Below are positions 57,691 through 64,000 of a stretch of DNA of 64,000 bases, piece after piece. The notes beneath the pieces were generated by a model. The model saw only the letters and a program-made list of their open reading frames with translations, was not told where the DNA came from and ran no database searches. The position numbers and the translations under genes were made by a program. Each line of letters begins with the position of its first letter. The stretch's first letter is position 1. Source of the DNA: Flaccisagitta enflata (Eukaryota); NCBI GenBank assembly GCA_965153355.1, contig OZ231126.1, forward strand, positions 38,006,001 through 38,070,000, given 5' to 3'.

Positions 57691-57752
<62 letters not shown>

Positions 57753-58026
57753 AAGAAAAAGAAAAAGAGAATGAGAAAGAGAAAGAGAAAGAGAAAGAGA
57801 AAGAGAAAGAGAAAGAGAAAGAGAAAGAGAAAGAGAGAAAGAGAAAGAGAGGGAGAGAGCAGGTAGACAGATATACAAACAGATATAGACGCGCTACTCG
57901 GCACATTCTCCACTAGTTCATAATTCCATATCTCCTTTCCCCTTATTCCCCTTGTCTCGTTCAATTCACTCCCCCCCCCTTTTTTTAATCATCTTGCGTT
58001 CATGTCCCGGCATTTATTTTCATTAC

Positions 58027-58251
58027 TTTTTTGTCGTTTTTGCAGGCAATGAAGTGGTCACTGAAGACATCGTCGATGCAGTTCTTGTTGTTGTTGAAGT
58101 AGTTGTTGTTGGCTTCGGCGTGGTGGTGGTTGTGGTCGTCGTCGTCGCCGCCGCCTCAGTCTTTTCAGGTATGTCGGTGGCCGCCGCTGCTGGCAGCTTC
58201 TTGGTCGTCGTCGTTGACGTCGTCGCCGTCGTCGTCGTTTCTTTCTGGTGC
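58027..58251 (-). CDS. Exon of a type I membrane protein, Thr-rich mucin-like stalk (HQKETTTTATTSTTTTKKLPAAAATDIPEK...SLPAKTTK)
   Basis: Acceptor ttctaaag|G and donor AA|gtaatg. The 225-nt exon is open, phase 2-2, and joins the next exon in frame. Confidence 0.75.
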
Positions 58252-59464
58252 CTTTAGAAAATAGGAAATGGTGATGAAATTTTGATCAAGGTTGGCGCGC
58301 GTGATGCTGCGTTAGGCAACGGCTACAAGTGCTTCTTAACCAGAGCGTCTTTCGAACAGAAGCGACTACAGCTATGAACAGAAGAGGTGGGGGAAAATGC
58401 GAGAGCAGGAGGGATGATGATGACTATGATATGGAGTGATACGGAAAAGAGAAAGAGTGACAGGCCGCCTTTGGATCTCGTGAAAAAAGCACGCCCTCTT
58501 TACCCTCGTTGGACATTTCTGCTCTCACTTCTGCTCTCCTCACTACCTGTTCTGCTGTAAGTTACTAACAATTTGGATTATTCTTTTTTCAAAGCTGTTT
58601 TTGACGAAACATCATCAATTTCTTTACAATCTGCACCTTTCCAACTTCTTTTCGCGTGGCTCCTTTTCAGACGTTTTCTACTTTTTCTACTTATAATTCT
58701 GCTTGTCCTTTCTCATTATCTTCATCCTTTAACTCTTTTCTCCCCAAAAGTCTGTCTATTACTTCAAAACCTCTTTTCTAAACATTACCCCTCGTGTGGC
58801 CTCTCCTCTCACTATACAGCCTCTAGATTCTATTCATCGTTCTGTTTTCTTCGATTCCACCTCTTTGATTTTTTTCTCTTTAGAATAAAGAATTAGAATG
58901 GTCGCTAAAAGAGAGACATCGGGTAAATTACGTGGCTAATGGTCAACAACCAGAAATCCCAATTGATTTGCCAATGTTGAATTACATTTCCCAAAGCCAT
59001 TTTTTTCCCGTTCAAAATAGAAACTCACGATTCATCACAAGATACCAAGAAAGCGATTTGTTTTGTAAAGTGAGTTAGTTTGTTAAGTAAGTCAGTTGAG
59101 CGATTCGTCCTGCCTCGACCAATTGACCAAAGCGCGTTATTTAGCAGAACCATTACTATTTCTTTCCGATGAAAACGTGAGATCCATTTTACATAAATGT
59201 CCGCGAGCGACTAAGATTCAGGTGGTGCCGGCAACTAGTAGATGTGTAAAGGAACTTTTCACAGTACAAGGCTTTTGAATGATGCATTTTGACCCTCTTA
59301 TTTGTGTTTTTGTTTATATTTTATTTGTCTAATTTTTTGTATAATTTCATTTTTTACATATATATTCATTCATTTGTAATGTTAATTCAAACATAAATGT
59401 TAAGTTTCATCATTTTTGAAGAATCCTTTTTATAAATTTCACTTTTCAAAATTTTGATTTAAAT

Positions 59465-59534
59465 GCCTCTTCCGGATACGAACCAGTAACCTTTGACACT
59501 AAAGTCCGCCACTCTACCACTAGACCACTGGGTC
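59465..59534 (-). pseudogene. tRNA-derived sequence (SINE head or tRNA pseudogene)
   Basis: A box TGGTCTAGTGG and B box GGTTCGTATCC at tRNA spacing; stems are poorly paired. Confidence 0.6.
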
Positions 59535-59805
59535 ACCTGATCACTTTCAGAGTAAAAATGGTCATATTCTAAAGAAATGACCCAAGGACCAGAAAAAAAA
59601 GTTGAGGCACAATGCGCAAAGCGCACTGCGCCTCAATTAGTGGGATATCTTTTATGTACTGTTGCGTTGCCATGTCCATCTGAAAAATCATCAATTTTGA
59701 TGATAATCATCTCCTTCATCTCGACAAGATGCGTTACTTTGTTCTACTCTGCTTAGACTGGTCTCTATGAAAAGCTGAACTTGCCAGGTATATAAACATG
59801 AGAAA

Positions 59806-59978
<173 letters not shown>

Positions 59979-60351
59979 CTGGCAAATCAATAAGAAAAAG
60001 GTAATCTTTTTGAATGTCGATCTTAACATTTATTCATTTCACGTGTTCATGGTCAGAATAAGAAAATTCTAATCATATTGATATGAAGTTTAAAGAAATG
60101 CTTTTATGGTTTGTTGAGTGACAGTTCCGCAGCACAAGAAATCGCCGGTTTCAAGGTGTAGAAGTGGTTTGCTATCTTTAGAAGCATTTCTTTCCTTCCT
60201 CTGTTCGTACATCCAGTGGCTGATCAATAAAAAGAGAAAGAAAAAAAAGCATGTAAGGGAATAATTGATTGATTATGATCAAGGTTGGAAACATGTTAAA
60301 AACCCTTATCTCACAACGTGGTCAGTGGCGCGGTGATGTTAATAGGGTGTG

Positions 60352-60690
60352 CAGTATGTCAATTGCACCCTGGGACTTTGCTGAATCGCTCTCGTGCGCC
60401 CCCTTCATAACGCGACACTTATGATTCTATTTCAAACAAAACAGTGCGCAGCTTTCTAGCTTTATGGAAACCTTTTTTTGGGCCTGTTTAAAGTTTATCC
60501 TCTAAAGAATCCCCTTAAGAAAATCCTTTTATTTTCATTGTTAAACTTAAATCGACCCTAAAAGGTTCCCATCAAGCTAAAAGCTGCGCATTGGCTTGTT
60601 TGAAATAAGATTGAGTGTCACATTAATGACATTATGAAGAGGGCACATGAGAGCGATTTAGCAAAGTCCCACGATGCAATCAGCGTAGTG
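60352..60690. mobile_element. Palindromic CACTA/EnSpm-like MITE
   Basis: CAGTA.../...TAGTG termini, TG on both flanks, and long imperfect arms (GGGACTTTGCTRAATCGCTCTC). Confidence 0.75.
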
Positions 60691-61802
60691 TGCAGAGAAA
60701 TCTGCACTGGTTCATAAATCTGAGTCAACTTTAAAGGAGCACTGCTCGTAAACAAATTAAGCTATGAACCTCAGATTAGACGCATTTGAAAGAGTTAGGA
60801 GAACTCAAAATGAGATCAATGTACAGGTTGTCCCAAGTCAGTTGCAACTTTGACTTTACAATGCATAAAAAGATAACAAGGCCGGATACACGGCTACCTC
60901 AGTTGTTTGTGGGTGGGCAGGAGCAGTGCTGAAGGTAATCTGCTGCTGCCCAAAAAGTAAGTCGCAAAAGCGTTTGATGGTCAGCGGTACCCATGCCCTG
61001 CCTTAGTCGGTTGTGGTTGAATTTGAGGAGAGAGCAGGGCAGCGACCCCGATGGGGTCTGTGACCTATGCTTTCACACAGGGGAATTTTCTCCTCCTCCT
61101 CCTCCTCCTCTGTTCTCCCCCCCCCCCCACCTCCAGGCCCATAAATCAGCCTTGAAGCCCATATACCAGGTCTTGAGGTTCAATTCCCTTAAGGCCGGAA
61201 TTTGGGCCTCAAAGATACGATTTTGGCTATAAGATGGGATATGGGCCTTGAGGTTGGGCTTTGTAGTATCGGGAGATCGTCAATGAAACGATGAAAAAAA
61301 TCAGTGTCTTATATGGGAGTATCAGGACATTGTCAATACTAACATGCAAAGTGCCTTGAGATCGATCACGACCTTGTCAAGATTTGTTAAAAAATTGTGG
61401 CGCGGGAGATTGTTGACAATCTGCCGGCCCCTCTATATCTCAACCCCCTAATTACTTTCTAATGTTCAAAAGCATAAATAAAGCGAAAAAAATGCACTGA
61501 TGGACGGGCTGACGGACGGACTGACAGACAGACTGACAGATGGACCAAAAAGTGGCTGAATCATGTAGCATGCGACTAAAAACCATGTTTTTTTGGAATA
61601 TGTCAAAAGTTTGAAGACCGACTTCAACTTATTTTCCCAATAAGGCATTCAATGTTCTATGATATTTCTAACTATTTCTATGTTGGCTATGAGGGAGCTT
61701 CACCAAAAGGCATGATTTTGGTCAGTCCCTTGAATTGCGCTCTAGTGGAGCTTAACAGATTTTCTTTTTCAATATCAAAATCGCCTGGGGTGATCATCGG
61801 GA

Positions 61803-62054
61803 AACAAGGTCATTAGACCTAAGTCGCGTGCGTCGGCACTTTCAAAAAATGTCAGACAGACTGACAGACAAACATTTTTCAAAAAGACATTTTAAATGAC
61901 TGTTTACCGCACTAAGTACCTCCTCTACCATTCAGACATAACAAACGCTTTGATCAGCCTTATAAACAGTTTTGTGACGGACCGACCGACGGACCGACCG
62001 ACCGACCGACCAACCGACAGAAAAGTGGCTTATAGAGTCGCGTAGCACGCGACT
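61803..62054 (-). mobile_element. HINE family A variant
   Basis: 5' AGTCGCGTGCTACGCGACT and 3' hairpin AGGTC-TAAT-GACCT then TGTT. Confidence 0.8.
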
Positions 62055-62793
62055 AATAAGTCAGTCTTCGGCTTTTTGACATATTCCAGAGAAACATGGT
62101 TTTCATTTTCTTATGCGGACCAATTGCGGGTCTCAAATGAAATTGATAGGGTAATTAAATTTGATGATTTTCTTTCATTTAGCGCCAAGCAGAATGCTCT
62201 ATGATGAAAATTTTCTTAGTCATGATTTTCAGTTACTCTATAAGAGGTTTTGTCTGTCCATCGGTCCTCGGTACATTGGTCCATCCGTGAGCACGAGTCA
62301 AAGTGGAAAAATGAACATTTTAGATACTTTTCAGTTGCGGACACGCAACTCTATAAGAGCCTTTGTCCGTCTGTTGGTCAGTCCATCCATCGTTCCATCT
62401 GTCTGTAATGATCAAGTCGAAAAATGGAAAAACATGCATTTCCTGCTCTGTCCACCCGTCCGCAACTGGTGGCCGTGTATCCGGCCTTGTTGTTAATGTG
62501 TCTGTGTTGGAGGGGGGCTGGGTGGGGCGTTGGGTGTGGATTGGGGTTGGTTGCCCCTGCTCACCCTTCCGCAGCGATATTGTGACCCTGCGTCACATGT
62601 TTTCAATCTTTTTATATGAAAAATTCTGATTTTTTGTTTCTTATGATTTTAAGTAGGATCAATAAGTGAGTGAATTGATATTTGTTTGAGCACGCAAATA
62701 TAAGCAAACATGTTTATGAGCATAGCTGCTTATCTGTCATGGTGTTTATGAGTATTACTAGTAAAAAGTCGCATCTTTAAAGCTCTCTTAATG

Positions 62794-62975
62794 AACAAGG
62801 CCGGTTACACAGCTACCGAAGTCGCGTGCAGGTGGGCAGGGGCCATATTTGAGGTCACTAGACCATTTACGCAGCAGCAGTCGGGTCAAAAAAATAAAAT
62901 CATAAAAAAAGTAAAACGTGACCCATCGACCGACCGACGGACAAAGCGGGTTGTAGAGTCGCGTGCATGCAACTA
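62794..62975 (-). mobile_element. HINE family A
   Basis: Canonical termini. Confidence 0.82.
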
Positions 62976-63004
62976 AAAATGATAGCAATAGGCGGATTGC
63001 ACCA

Positions 63005-63350
63005 CTGTCCTGACAATGTGTCCTGACATTGTGTGCCAACATTGTGTCCCAACATTGTGTCCCGACATTGTGTCCCGACATTGCGTCCCGACATTGCGTC
63101 CCGACATTGTGTCCAAACATTGTCCCGATATTGTGTCCCAACATTGTGTCCCAATATCATGTTGTGATATTGTGTCCCAATATTGTGTCCCGATTTTGTG
63201 TCCTGACATTGTGTCCCAACATTGTGTCCTGACATTGTGTCCTGACAATGTGTCCTAACAATGTGTCCCGACATTGTGTCCTGACATAGTATCCCGGTCA
63301 TTTGTGTCCCGACAGTCATTTGTGTCCCGACAGTTATTTGTGTCCTGACA
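63005..63350. repeat. 13-bp minisatellite TGTGTCCCGACAT
   Basis: Direct inspection. Confidence 0.92.
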
Positions 63351-64000
63351 GTAATTTGTATCAGTTTAGTAAATTCTGTTGATTGAGTCAATTAAAACAG
63401 ACTGTATCACTAGTCTGGCCTTGTTGGCCTTGTTACTTACAGACTTGCTCCTCTATAAGAGGCTTTGTCCATCCTGAGACTCTGTCATTTGGTTCTTTAG
63501 TTCACTCATGCATGATTATGTTGCGAGCTGAAAAGTGTGAAAATGCGCATTTAAGAGGCTTCCATTGTGATTATGTGCGTGTGCATATGTGTGTGTGTGG
63601 GGGGGGGGGGTAGTACGACCCTACCCTCCCCCCCACCCACCCCCCCATCACGGCAAAATCGTGATTACCTGCTCATTGCACAGCATTCTTTTTTTGTTCA
63701 TTGTTGGTGCAGCATCTCCGACTTGGACCAATTCCTGATCATGTTCAGTTGCAGCCTGCTGCATACAAAACAAAACTTTGTTATCCTACTCGACGAATTT
63801 ATGATAATAACCCTTATAGCAAAATCCAATTCTAGTACACCTTTCTTGAAACTGGCTCTCAAATCAATAACATTGTAATTGTAATCAATCTACTAGCAGC
63901 ATAATCTATTTCCAAGGCTAAAGAAAACATATGACATTCTTCGAAATAAATCATACTTGATAGTTTGAGGTAAGATTAAACCCCGGGGCTAGCTTGGGTT

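Noticed and set aside
59465-59534. Functional tRNA
   Set aside because: The acceptor and anticodon stems do not pair.
60090-60220. Possible further upstream exon of the membrane-protein gene (good acceptor tattgatcag)
   Set aside because: Two open frames and no convincing donor, so it cannot be linked.

Overview
Repeat-saturated eukaryotic (metazoan, invertebrate-like) genomic DNA. Nothing here looks prokaryotic, and nearly all long ORFs in the track are microsatellite artefacts. The best-supported gene is on the minus strand: four phase-compatible exons (58251 to 50188) encode the C-terminal ~297 aa of a mucin-like type I membrane protein. The rest is dominated by nested non-autonomous DNA elements: about 30 Helentron-associated (HINE/DINE-1-like) copies with covarying terminal hairpins, Tc1/mariner, hAT, CACTA and Transib-like MITEs, two multi-kb foldback palindromes and an Ingi/I-group LINE fragment. 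A 20.3-kb Mutator-like unit (350-370 bp TIRs, 9-bp TSD) encloses a multi-level nest whose core is a TIR element carrying a spliced, apparently frameshifted gene with a SIM-like N-terminus. All calls were made by eye and no database searches were run.
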